DNA of 58,363 nucleotides, taken from NCBI GenBank assembly GCA_040143965.1, contig JASJQH010000009.1, positions 1-58,363 of the forward strand, written 5' to 3'. This stretch comes from Basidiobolus ranarum (Eukaryota). The position numbers were made by a program, and so were the translations under genes. The notes below the pieces were generated by a model that was not told the origin of the DNA, made no database searches, and worked only from the letters and a program-made list of their open reading frames with translations. Each line of letters begins with the position of its first letter. The first letter of the stretch is position 1. Of the stretch, positions 1-12,072 are shown in pieces.

Positions 1-580
1 TCCACGATAATTTGCGGGGATGAATTCAGCAATTGTAGCATTGACAGCAGTGTATTCAGCACCTACTCCGATAGCAGTAAGAGCACGGAAAACCAAAAAC
101 ATTGGGTAGTTAACGGAGAAGGCTATGTATGATGTATGTTAGTTCCAAGTATGATGTACATAGATGAAGCATGTACATTGAACACACCTGTGACAATAGT
201 GAAAAAACTGTACATAACGATGGTCATTAAGAATGTTTTCTTTCTTCCATAGCGATCAGAGACATAACCGAACCCAAGGGCACCTACCAAGGCTCCCATG
301 AGCCAGACAGTCTTGATGTAAGTGGCCTGTTGGGAAGTAACTTGAAATTGTTCTTTGAGAAGGTTCAATACGGCGGATACGATATTGATCTCATAAGCAT
401 CAAGAGCCCAGCCAGCTCCAAGAACAGCGGTAATCTATCAGAGAACAAGTTTATACCAAGGAATATGAAAAAGTGAGATTAAATATAATATACCTTGGTG
501 TGCCAACGGCTCCATTTTAATTGTTCTAAGCGTGCGGGGACGTCGGTCAATTGGGCTTCTCCAGATTGTTTGGCACTCAT
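1..580 (-). CDS. MFS transporter (sugar-porter/SV2-like, bacterial-type); 5' part only, runs off the window
   Basis: ATG at 580, intron 435-493 and a second intron near 123-170. Spliced product MSAKQSGEAQLTDVPARLEQLKWSRWHTKITAVLGAGWALDAYE...GYVSDRYGRKK (MFS motif A)...FRALTAIGVGAEYTAVNATIAEFIPANYRG. Confidence 0.85.
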
Positions 581-1890
581 CTAAGTTGTCAGGTCTATGG
601 CTTTAGATGATTGAAATAAAGAGCAGTGCGTTGAATATTTATAAGAGTTTTAGAAATGTAGAGCGTGTTTCTTTCAGGTGTTTAGATTGGTCGTTGATTA
701 TAGCAAGCAGGATTATCAGGTAAGGTAGAGTGTAGAGATCTCTCTTATCTCCAGTATACAGCCTTATATCATGGTCACACTCACAAACACACAGCCTTTA
801 GAATACCAGTTGATTCGTTTGGGTGAACTCTCCAAGTTATGTTTAAAGAAATAGGAAAGTCACCAATACCCCAGTAGGTTACACATTACGGGAACCTTTT
901 ACCCGGAACGCAAACTCTAAAACGTTTGTAAGAAATCTTATCTACTAGATGTGGGGTATTAGATAAGATTTGGTAATGCAATAATCATTTATCTAGCCAG
1001 ACCTAATAAGTCATCCATTCAACGTGAGAGGGAATTACGACTGTGAACTTCCAACAAGATATTGTATACAGATGCGTGGTGTTTGCTTGCATGATGAGTG
1101 GTTCAGTTGTGCAATATTAGTGTGTACATAGGTGAATTCAGTAGCATATTATGACTCGTGCTGGAATAACCTTAACCACAAGCATCAGTGATTTGTCATA
1201 CCAGTGCGTTGGAACGAGATTGTACGCGAATGTTACTTTCCTCAATTCTTATTTGTCAACAGTGAATCCAGTTCCAACTCAAAATCATTTTGGAATAATT
1301 ATGTAATGCGCTTTGTCTGTTCTAGTTATGGTTTGAAGATCTACTAATAAACCTATTGTAAATGCAAAAGTACATGCTTAACCTCGAAGTAATAGAATCG
1401 GCCAGTCATATGCAAGATAGAGGTGTAATCGTGTAATGTAGTAGCAAAATCAATAAACTTGAACTATTTCATCAGCTCTAGTCCAGAGTGAGCCGCTCTG
1501 ATGCAGCTTCTCAATTGTAACGTAGCAATACACTATACATAGAGTTTATACTTGATTAAACTCAAACATAAATTCTAGTCAACCATAGATATAATCCACT
1601 AAACATCGCCAAAATACTCTTTTTATTTCAGATTAAGCTCTGCTAAATGACGATCAGTAGAGGCATCTACCTCCATAACCCATCTTCGGGATAGGATGTT
1701 TCTTGATTAAGTCATGATAAAAACCTAATATAGAAACTAATAAATGCAACTATATTAACCTAATTATTGAAGTCCATATTAATTATAGTCCACTCTTTCT
1801 CCCTCTACACTCCCCCAAGTTTACTCAATCCGAGTAGATATTTCCAACTCTTGGTCACTGAATACCCTCATTTACATTTGTAACAAAAGG

Positions 1891-4304
1891 ATGAGTGCTC
1901 AAGAAATTGACAAGATAGCCAAAGATATGAATCACATCTCTTTGCAAGAACTTCTTGGTGCTTTACCCACTTCCCCACAAGATAGGCCTAATTGTAATAA
2001 AATTGGAAGTGATTCACCTGACAATGGAAGAGTAGAAAGAGCTTCGACAGCACAATACTCTAGGCCTAATTCGATGTTTGAAGCAGCAGGAAGTGGTTCT
2101 TTATTACCCAACGTTAGTCCAGCAACTAAAAGAAAGTGCGTCACCGCTCAAGTTTGTATGTTTATTTTGGAGTTTATCAAAGTTTGTTTCATTGTATTAT
2201 TTTCTTACTGTTTTCGTGGCTCTGCCTAGATTTTTTGGAATATTACTTTGACCTCTTGACTTACATTCATAAGCGTAAGATGCGCTTGGAAAGATTTAAA
2301 CTTGAAGCAAATCATAAAGAGGTAGCACCATTAAAGTGCATATAGATGAGATTCTACTCTCTTTCTAATATATTAACACTAACTTGGCTACATCTACTTT
2401 TAATAGTGGACTGAAGAAGAAAAAGCTGGAGAATGGAAAAGATATTGCGGAAAAGAGAGGGTTTATCTTCGTAAGAGAAGAACTCGCACTCGAGTAACCC
2501 ATTTCCATATATTAACGCAAGTAGGCCAAGGAGGTTACGGTCAGGTATTGAGGAACAATTCATAACTTATTCTCAAGCTTCTTTGTGTTTCAACTATCTT
2601 TCAAGGTCTTCCTAGCTAGAAAAAAGGATACTGGGGAAGTGTGCGCTCTAAAGAAAATGAACAAAAAATTACTGCATAGACATAATGAGGTTTGTTGCGT
2701 ATAATAACCAGTACGACTCAAACATTGATTACTAACTAATCCTCTTGTCAAATGTTTTCTATAAGATTCAACATATACTTACTGAGCGCGATGTTCTCAC
2801 ATCAGCAAACTCTCCTTGGCTTGTTGGATTACTTTATGCCTTCCAAGATATTGATAATGTTTATTTAGCGATGGTTAGATATACTCGTATGGTATGACTA
2901 TCTGCTCTTTTGTTACTAAAGCGATATCTTTATTGTTTACATAGGAATATGTACCTGGAGGAGATTTAAGAACCCTATTGAACAATAATGGATGTATAGC
3001 GGAGGAATTTACCAGCTTCTACATTGCGGAGATTGTAATGGCTGTTTCAGCTCTCCATCAGCTAGGTTACATCCACAGGGATTTAAAGCCTGAGGTATGA
3101 TTGTAAGTCATATTTGGCTTAGATGGCAACTCTAATCAACTTCCATCGTTAGAACTTCTTAATTGATGCAGCTGGTCACGTTAAACTTACCGACTTCGGG
3201 TTGTCTACTGGCTCTATAAGTCCTTTAAAAATTGAATCACTGAGGATTAAGGTAATACTCACACGTTCGTAATGCTGGATTCTTTTACGATACCTTGACT
3301 AAACAACACCATCCTTATAGTTAGAAGCAGTTAAGGACAAGCAAATTGTACACAGAACACCAGTAGAGCGTAGAAGTATTCACAGATCTGTAAGAAGAGA
3401 GTATATTGACTGGGTATGTGGCAGCTTACCAAGTAAATCTAACTATTGACGAAACTAAACCTGACCTCAACCAGGCCTATTCTCTTGTAGGTTCTGCAGA
3501 CTATATGGCACCTGAAATCTTGGAAAATGCCGGTTATGATTTCATGGTTGATTATTGGTCAATTGGATGTATCATGTTTGAATTTCTTGCTGGCTATGCA
3601 CCTTTTACCGCCCCTTCTATGGAAGAAGTATGGGGAAATGTATACCATTGGGACGAAGTTCTTGAAAGACCACAATTCGAGGATGGTGAAGAACTCTCAG
3701 ATGAATCATGGGACTTGATAACCAAGTAAAAAGCCACTCCTCTCCCCTCATTCGGCAATGAGTAAACCCTGCTAACCTTACTTATCTCTTTTCTCCCAGA
3801 CTAATCACATATCGTGATCAAAGATACTCTACTGTCTCCCAAATCCAAAATCACCCCTTCTTTGCTCAGTTGGATTGGGATCATTTAAGAGAAATCAAGG
3901 TGATACATCTTTCGATATTCATGAAAGAATTTGCAAGCACTGAGACTAAATTTCATCTTCTATGATACAGAACCCACCATTTGTTCCCCAATTAGAGTCG
4001 GAGGAAGACGTTTCACACTTTGATGATTTCAACAATCCAGATGATATGGAAATGTACAAAGATGTTCATTTGAAGCAGCAACAACTGGAAGAATCTTTAA
4101 CTGGTAAGGATAGGAATGAAAGACTCCCACGCTCCACTTTCGTTGGCTTTACTTTCCAGCATAAAGACCAAAGAGCATGGAATGCCAAAAAGGAGCAATT
4201 GGCTTCGACACCACAAGAAGAATTTGGTAAGGAATAATTTAGAACAATAGTAGATTGGCACTAGACTTATTAACCATTATCATTCATTAGGAACCATGTT
4301 TTAA
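1891..4304 (+). CDS. DBF2: NDR/AGC-family kinase, Dbf2/Sid2-like (multi-exon)
   Basis: Spliced motifs [43 protein letters not shown], hydrophobic motif FVGFTFQH, and C-terminus FGTMF*. Confidence 0.88.
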
Positions 4305-5057
4305 ATTCCATACCAAATGCCTGTTACGAAAACATCCATATTTAACTAATCACAGCACTGTTTCTATTCTTGCCCTTAAATCTCTATGATCCCAACCTTT
4401 CTCAATTCATCTTATTATGATACCTACCTTTATATTCATAAACTGTTGCATCTAACCAAAGACCTGTCTAATGTTGTTGTCCATTTACTGCAATGAAAGG
4501 AGGAATGCTATTACTCTTAGTATTAGCATAGCCACTTTCTTTTGACACCTAAGCATCTTCCATATAGCTAACAATATCGGAAGCAAATCAAGGTGTACCA
4601 TTACATACCGGAAAATCAAGAAAATTTTGTTTACGTTTATTTTACTAGCATAATGAGGAGCTACGTTAAAATTAAAGCGAAATAAAGGAAAGCAAAAAAG
4701 AGGTTTACATGGAGTGGGATTTTTCAAGAAAAAAATAAGAAAAGTCGAGTCAAAATGAAATCTTTTCAAGGTTACATATAAAAACCAACCATCTTACTAG
4801 CAAGATAGATGGTGATTATATCAAAATACTAAAGAGAAAGAGAGTTACTGGAAGACAGGGTGAAACAAATATGCACAAACCCCTGGCATCGAGACGAGAG
4901 GTGAAGATAAAGGTAAAGGAGAAAGAGAAGAAGTCATTTGGAATTATAGTGGCCAACAATATCTACCCAAAATAAATGGAAAATATCAAATCAACGTAAT
5001 GCATTCAAACCGAGTGTCAAGAAAAGGAGGAAGTGACTATTTTATGTATATCTAAGT

Positions 5058-5826
5058 TTAGTCAGATTCCTCATTGGATTTCCTAGATGAAGGAGATATC
5101 TTCCTTTAGATAGAATTCCATGGTTGTAGGTACTCTGGGCACTTACCGTCGACGACCTCTTCCTCTACCGCGTCCCCTTCCACGGCCCCGAACTGAACTG
5201 CTACGTTCCGGTTTGGGCGATAAGTCACCGTCCTGTTGATTTGAGTTAGATTCTATATCACCTTCAACCTTCTCCGAAGGATCTGGAACATTGGCCACAA
5301 CATCACGCAAGAAATCGAACTGCTCAGTATTTAAAACGCATTTTTTTCTAGATATAAACATTGATATTAAATTTAGTAGAAAGTTATGAGAACTTGCCAA
5401 TACAAAATTATCCTTACAGGTGCGCCACTGAAAGTCTTTTGGCGTTTCTAGAACGCGTTTCACTACAGGCTTCGTCGATGAGTGACTGCATGAAAAGCTC
5501 CAAAGCTTTGGCTAAAGAAAAAATAAAAAAAAAGTAAGAAAAAGGGATAACTTCTAAAGCGCAGTTCATATAAATCTATTCGACGTATCTAAGGGAAAAA
5601 GGAAAACTCTCTCCCTTTACAATATGTTAATACTGATGGATCCTTACATATCAGAACCGGAGTAGCTTGAGCCATCTTCCCAACGTCTTCATCCATCTGC
5701 ATGATCTTTTTGATGCGTGCCTAAAGTGGAGAGATGGAAAGTAGTTTTAATAAATATATTTTCTTAAAAAACGCGAGATTGATTTTCACTTACCACAGGA
5801 AACTTGGTCTTGTATTTCTTCTTCAT
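5058..5826 (-). CDS. BUR6: NC2 alpha subunit (DRAP1/Bur6), histone fold
   Basis: Spliced [46 protein letters not shown]...EQFDFLRDVV, then an RG-rich tail; last exon ends RKSNEESD*. Confidence 0.9.
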
Positions 5827-6140
5827 TTTGACTGAGAATGAAGGTTCTCAAGTTGAGGTATTTTACGTGGAAAGAATGAATGTGTATGAGTTGATTCCAG
5901 CAGTGGGAAATATGATTGTTTGATGGAATGATCGATGAGATAGAGAATATGTTTGGGTGTTAAGAAAAATGGATTATATCCTTGTCCATTAAATATCCTA
6001 TTTCCTACTGTTGACTTATTTTCCAATCTATTACCAAAATGAATGGATTCAGTGACAATGATTGGTGAATTTGTTGAAAGCACCATAATTTTAAGAATGA
6101 ATCATTCAATGATCTATACTTTGATACTGGCCGCTAGCCT

Positions 6141-6156
6141 CTAACCCTAACCCTAA
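6141..6156 (+). repeat. Interstitial telomeric repeat / telo-box CTAACCCTAACCCTAA
   Basis: 2.7 perfect copies of CCCTAA, about 315 bp upstream of the NC2-alpha ATG. Confidence 0.75.
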
Positions 6157-6681
6157 ATCAAGTCAAGGTAACTAACTATTTGCTCATATCTGGACATCTG
6201 CTCTTAACCACTTGGCCATGCGCAAGTTGCATTACCAAAACAGAAAAGCAGTTATTCTGTCAAGCAAGGAATTACGGCAAAGGATTACAGCAAGGGGCAA
6301 AGGGGTCATCAATCAGGTTCTGTATTAGAAGACTCATCGATATGCATGGTAAAAGAGGAGCCACATGATTAGAATAACATCGAACACCTGACACTTGATA
6401 AATTAACTATGCAGTTTGTTGAGCGCACATTGGTCATGTTATTTGAATAGATTTTGGTGAGGAATCGCAATCCTAAGCATCATATAGTAGGCATCAATGA
6501 TCTCCGTGTGAATCGGGCAGATAGCAGATGTAAAGGTGTATTGTCAACAAGATTGTATTTTGATATTCATAGTGAGATAGTGAACAAGTCTAGTGGAAAA
6601 ATATGAGGGCCATTCAAAATCTAGCTTACTCAGAGTGTATTGAAATTAAAGAATGGTTGGGACAACCGTCAAATGTAAATA

Positions 6682-7079
6682 TTATTGGCTGTCCTCAGAG
6701 AGGTTCACTAACTTAAGTGGTATAATCTTCACATCTTCCCAGACTCTAGCATCGATATAGGGATCTTGACTTATGATTTGCTTTACTTCCTCAACATTCT
6801 TCGCCTCATATATATGACAAGAGCCTAACATCTTCCCGTAGTCGCTATCATCAGAACGTAACGCTCCAACCACTACCATTTTGTTCTGCTTATACAACTC
6901 TCTGCAACGGTCCAGATGTATTTCTCGAGTAGCTAAACGTCGGGATATGGCCTCCGCATCAATGAAATCCTTGGCTATAACCAAGTATTGTTTCTGTGCT
7001 ATTTGAATGGAGAGAGAAGCAAATAAAGCAGACTGTGTTAACCAGATATTACCGTCTTTGATAGCATAATGGAAACCAT
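6682..7079 (-). CDS. YCII-related domain protein
   Basis: QYLVIAKDFIDAEAISRRLATREIHL...GALRSDD...MLGSCHIYEA...ISQDPYIDARVWE fits the YCII pattern; probable ATG at 7079 with one intron (start uncertain). Confidence 0.75.
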
Positions 7080-7699
7080 GAAAAATACCTAGACTAGATG
7101 AAGACAATCTTCTGACGCTGGCTATTTGGAATACTTTGTTTTGGAGAATATTATGGTTAGTAAGGAAATAGTATAACACCGGTTGTTCACTAATAACAAT
7201 AGGTAAGCAGTCTTAAGTTTCCCCAACACTAACACTTACAAGGTTTATTCTTGACAAGCGTAGAAGCACTAATCCTGAAGCAACTCATTGTTCACCACAC
7301 TCAAGTGGAGCGTATGTATAGTTATGTGTGGAGAGAGGTTGAAAAATTGATATAATTCAAGTACATTGATATATAACCTAACCCAAAGAGTATAATGCAA
7401 ATTCATGACACAATACTCGTAAACTGACAGATTTCCGTTAACCCCTTGCTAATAATTTAAGTAAAATGGATATTTTCAAATCATAGTCCCTTCATAACAT
7501 CAACCACGGCAAATTGATGGAATTTTCTTCCCACTGTCATGTTATCATCATCCAACAAGATAGTAAATGAAAAGAAAGGATATAAATGGATGGGACTGTT
7601 AGTGACTCAATGAATATAATATTTACAACGTGTATTGAGACGTATACTTTATTAGATGTCAAGGATAAGGGCTAGCACAAAGTGGCAAGCAATAACAAT

Positions 7700-8933
7700 T
7701 TAATTCATTTGTCTGATCAAACCGTTAATCTTATCTTCACGGTCACCAGCATCACCACCCTCAATGAAGTGAGTAGCCTTCTTGCCGGACCAACCACCAG
7801 TAGGGTTGGAGAGCTTGAAAGGCCACAAGAAGTTGTTGACTTCTTTGAAGTGAGGACCGCAAGTGGCAATCTCGTGAATGAGATCTTCCATACAGATGAC
7901 ACCGTATTTACCAAGGTTTTGTTCAATAATGGCGTTGTCAGTCAAGGCAATTCTTTGCTTGTCGACCTTACCAAATCCACGCTTGTAGATCAATTCGCGA
8001 ACAGACTTGAGGTTGGGCTCACCATAGGCAATGTAGGGGCCAACTAATTGAAGCATTTGTTGGGTAGCCTTGGTCAAACGAATGAATACACCATTGTTGA
8101 TTTGAAGAAGACGCAAGAGTTGGAGAATCTTGCGAGGCTTGGGAGCGATCTTATTAATACCCTTGGTACGAATAACGAAAACAACCTTGGGTTGAGCAGA
8201 AACATAGAAGTTTCCAGACTTTTTGGCCTGACGCTTCATGGCAATTTCTTGGCTCTCACGATTACGGTATTCACGGATATAGTCAGCAGCCTTCTTGAAG
8301 ATAACGCGACGTTTGTTCTTCTGAGCCTAATGGATGAAATACGCTGTTTAATTGGATAGAAAATACATAATGAAAGAGTCCTCAATCACAATCCCGAAAG
8401 ATAATAGAGTGAAAGCAATATTGTTTCAAGCTAACTAAATATAAGTCGGATATTTACCTTGCGCTGTTCAGCGAGAGCAGCAGCCCTCTCTACGGCAGAC
8501 TTCTCGGTGGTCTTTCTTCTCTTAAGAAGAGTCTCGGGAACGAGAACATTTTCAACAGTAGGTGTGGTACTAAATTATCCAAAATCTATAGTTAGAAAAT
8601 CGTTGACGTCGGGAGCTTCGTGCTTCTCATTAGATAAGTTCAGAAACAAATCAGCGAGGAAGACCGGCGAATGTATTTAATTAAAGTAGGAGTAAACCCG
8701 TACGGGAATCCTACAGTAACAATTCCTTGACCACTTTCGTAGATTGACTCTACTCAGTGGTAAGATTTACATCGATATCAGTGAGATATCAACAGCAAAA
8801 TATTTTTAAGAAGAAGAGTTGACTATTTCCAAACTTTACTTCCAAATCCTCAAGAAATTATCTCAAGAGCTGGCATTTCCTGTTTAACAATTTATGATAC
8901 ATATTAGAATTAAAGTGATACATACGAAGACAT
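7700..8933 (-). CDS. RPL7: 60S ribosomal protein L7 (uL30)
   Basis: 8-nt first exon ATGTCTTC (8933-8926), intron 8570-8925, then [12 protein letters not shown]...[14 protein letters not shown]...[15 protein letters not shown]...[13 protein letters not shown]. Confidence 0.95.
8668..8796 (-). ncRNA. Structured intronic RNA element in RPL7 intron 1 (H/ACA snoRNA-like or splicing-regulatory)
   Basis: Three consecutive hairpins (8770-8794, 8726-8764, 8686-8714) followed by ACA (8674-8672); no clear ANANNA H box. Confidence 0.45.
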
Positions 8934-9279
8934 GATTGCAATTCCGTTTCTTGACACGTAAAATGTGGGAAAGAGATTGCTCCGTTCCCAATCGCCAACG
9001 ACTTAAATATGATCGAAAAAATTTCTTTTTCCAGAGTGAATAAAATTGTTGGTTGGTTAAGTTTATGGAAAAAATCCATTTTTAACCAATCATGATGGAG
9101 TATATTAGAATAAAATAGATTGAAAACTAACTTAGCTCAACACAAATACCAAGTGTTAGTATGGAAAAAAAATCCTACTTAGGGGTGGGAGATGGTGTAA
9201 TTTAGAAATGTGATGTAATTATGCTTGATTTCGAGTTGGTTTTTGCACTAGTTTTCACTTCCCAAGTCAACTTTCGAAA

Positions 9280-10429
9280 ATGTCACAAGTGGAAAGAAAT
9301 CAAGAGGCTACCGTGTACATTGGAAATTTAGACGAAAGATGTACTGAATCTTTGATATGGGAACTGATGCTTCAAGCAGGTCCTGTTGGTAAGTACTTCA
9401 GAGTTTGGATCGTTGAAAAGACATATAGCTAATATGGATTTCTAGTCAATGTTCATCTACCTAAAGATCGCGTCACCCAAAGTCATCAAGGTTACGGCTT
9501 TTGTGAATATTTAACTGAGGAAGATGCAGACTATGCCATGAAGATCATGAACATGATCAAGTTATATGGAAAGCCTATTCGTGTCAATAAGGTACTGGTA
9601 ATAATTAACGATGAAATAAGCCTACATGTCTAATATTTCGTTCCCTTTTGAAATCTAGGCTAGTGCGGATAAAAAGAATTTGGATGTCGGAGCCTCGTTG
9701 TTCATTGGTAATCTTGATCCCGATGTTGACGAAAAGCTCTTGTACGACACCTTCAGTGCTTTCGGTGTTATTGCACAAACTCCCAAGGTATGTTCAAGTA
9801 AATTGTAAGATCTTCTTTTGAGTTTTTTTTCTTACTTCGTGTTTAGATTGCTAGAGATCCTGACACTGGTAACTCCAAAGGTTATGGATTTGTCAGTTTT
9901 GATAATTTCGAATCATCCGATGCGGCTATTGAGGGTATGAATGGACAATTCTTGGCAAATAAGCCTATATCTGTGTCCTACGCTTTCAAGAAAGACGGAA
10001 AGGGTGAAAAGCACGGTTCTGCTGCTGGTATGTTAATGATGGATTATAGTATAATGATGACCTAATTGAACTAACACTTGGGTATTTTAGAACGTCTCTT
10101 GGCTGCTCAAGCCAAAAAGAACCAGACAATGCCTAACAAGCTGTTTGCCGATGTTAGACCTATGCCTATGGGAGTACGACCTCCTATGCTTGGTATGCCT
10201 CCTGGTGGTGGAATGATGCCCGGTTTCCCTCCTGGTCCACCCGTTGGGTATCAACCACGTCCTCCAATGATGTCTATGGGAGGTGAGTGACGATTTAATA
10301 CTGATATATATATCTTTTCATATTTAGTAACATTCTTATTTGGCATTATTAGCACCTAGACCCCCATACACTGCTGCTATGCCCGGTCAACATTACCCAG
10401 GTTATGCTCCACAGCCTCCTCAATATTAG
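9280..10429 (+). CDS. SF3B4: U2 snRNP splicing factor SF3B4/Hsh49/Sap49
   Basis: [54 protein letters not shown], two RRMs and a Pro-rich tail. Confidence 0.93.
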
Positions 10430-10693
10430 ATCTATATGTACAGTTCTCATAAAAATTCATCGCTCAACTTTATCTCATTAACAGAGCTAAATCTTATTGT
10501 GATGTCAAGCGAATATCCTACTGAAATATGTATTATAAAAATAAATGGAGTTTATTATCCTTTCCACCTAGTTGGTCACTCCTCTATCATGCCATGTAGG
10601 ATGTTTATATCGAATATGTAGCATAATGTATACATTCTATTTGAGTAATAATTGCTAAGATGAGTTCAAAGATATAGAAAGTAATGCTTCGGT

Positions 10694-12072
10694 TTAGGAC
10701 TTTGAAGATGCATTATCCCTAAGTGAGTCACTATGCTCTATCACATGGTCGGAGTTATAGTCAACATGTACAAAAGCACGCTCTACGTGTGGTAGCATTT
10801 CCAATGAATTTTGAAGATGCTCGCCGACATCATGAGATTCTTTCAGAGAGATACCTGGGGGAAGTACAATATGGGTCTCTACATGAATGTTCTCACCTAC
10901 GTAGTATGCTCGAACCTGCATCTAAATGTTAGCATAAATCAGTGGATGCGACGAGAAAAGTGTTTTACTAACAGTTTCAACTTCAATGATCTTGGGGTCG
11001 TAGCGAAGAACCATATACACAAGTTGTTGGATCTCTTGAGCGCTAGCGGTGTGTCCAGTCAAGCGTACGATATTCTCTGATAAAACAATAGGTTAATCAC
11101 TGAATGCACCTACGAATAATGAGATGGCGAAACACACCTAGACAGATCCCAATCCAATTATAGATAAATAGAACGGCAAGGACAATTGCTCCTACTGAGT
11201 CAATCCACCACCAAGAAGTGACCCCGGCTAGAATGGAAAATCTTTAGAAATCGGAAAGTGACGATACAAAAGCTATTTAAAACTTACCTATCAACGGGAA
11301 TACAAAAGCCAAAATGTTGAATACTACATCGTTGCCATGGTCTTGAGCGAGTGTTTGAACAGTCATGTTTTTGATGTTACGGCACCAAATCCACAAGACA
11401 AACTTCACTACGACCACTACTGCGAGAAACATGGCTGTGGTAAGACTCATCGAGATGTTGGAATCCTCTGGTGAGAGTAGGTTCTTGATCGACTCTATAA
11501 TAACTTGAAATAGTGAAGTAGCGGTTACTGCTGCAAACACCACAATGCTAAGCGGCTCCATTCGCGACTAAATAATGGGTTATGTCAGTATTTTCAGAAA
11601 AGCATTTGCTACCAGAGTTGATATAGATTCTACTGACTTTCCCGATAGGATATTTGTAGAAGTTCCTTCTCTGGATAATGATTGAAGTGCAAAAAATTAC
11701 TGTCCCAGCCATGATGTCAAGGAAGGAGTCTAGGGTCGAAACCAAAATAGCCAAACTGCCCGAAGAAAGCGTCATGAATACTTTCATAATGAAAAGGGAA
11801 ATATTTGCCATAAAGCTCACGTTTATGGCCCAGGTAACCCGATTCTGTCGGTTGGTGCTTATCAGTGGAGTAGTTTCGACGTTGCCCTGTGGTAAATCTA
11901 TCAGCCTCGGAAGTCCCCTACTTTCGTTCAATATATCATCGACTTCTCCGAGTTTTTCCAAGAACTCATTCTGTTTTTTATAGAATACGCGCAAGTGTTT
12001 ACTTTTCAGGCTTTTCAAGTCTTCGGGTGAAGTAAACTTGTTGTTGAATCTCTCAAAGAAAGATTCGCTCAT
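10694..12072 (-). CDS. Cation diffusion facilitator, MTP/Mn-CDF-like metal transporter
   Basis: FYKKQNEFL, SGSLAILVSTLDSFLD, YPIGK|SRMEPL, LAQDHGNDV, ESHDVGEHLQ, VERAFVHVDY. Confidence 0.88.

Noticed and set aside
1088-1170. ATGATGA C-box-like motif in the MFS-DBF2 intergenic region
   Set aside because: No downstream CTGA D box or terminal stem at snoRNA distance
5058-5826. Possible U12-type (minor spliceosome) introns in NC2-alpha and other genes
   Set aside because: The donors I reconstructed are U2-type GT sites; no RTATCCTT 5' splice site was found at an exon boundary
8327-8457. Possible C/D snoRNA in RPL7 intron 2 (position of yeast snR39/snR59)
   Set aside because: No convincing RUGAUGA C box or CUGA D box on the sense strand
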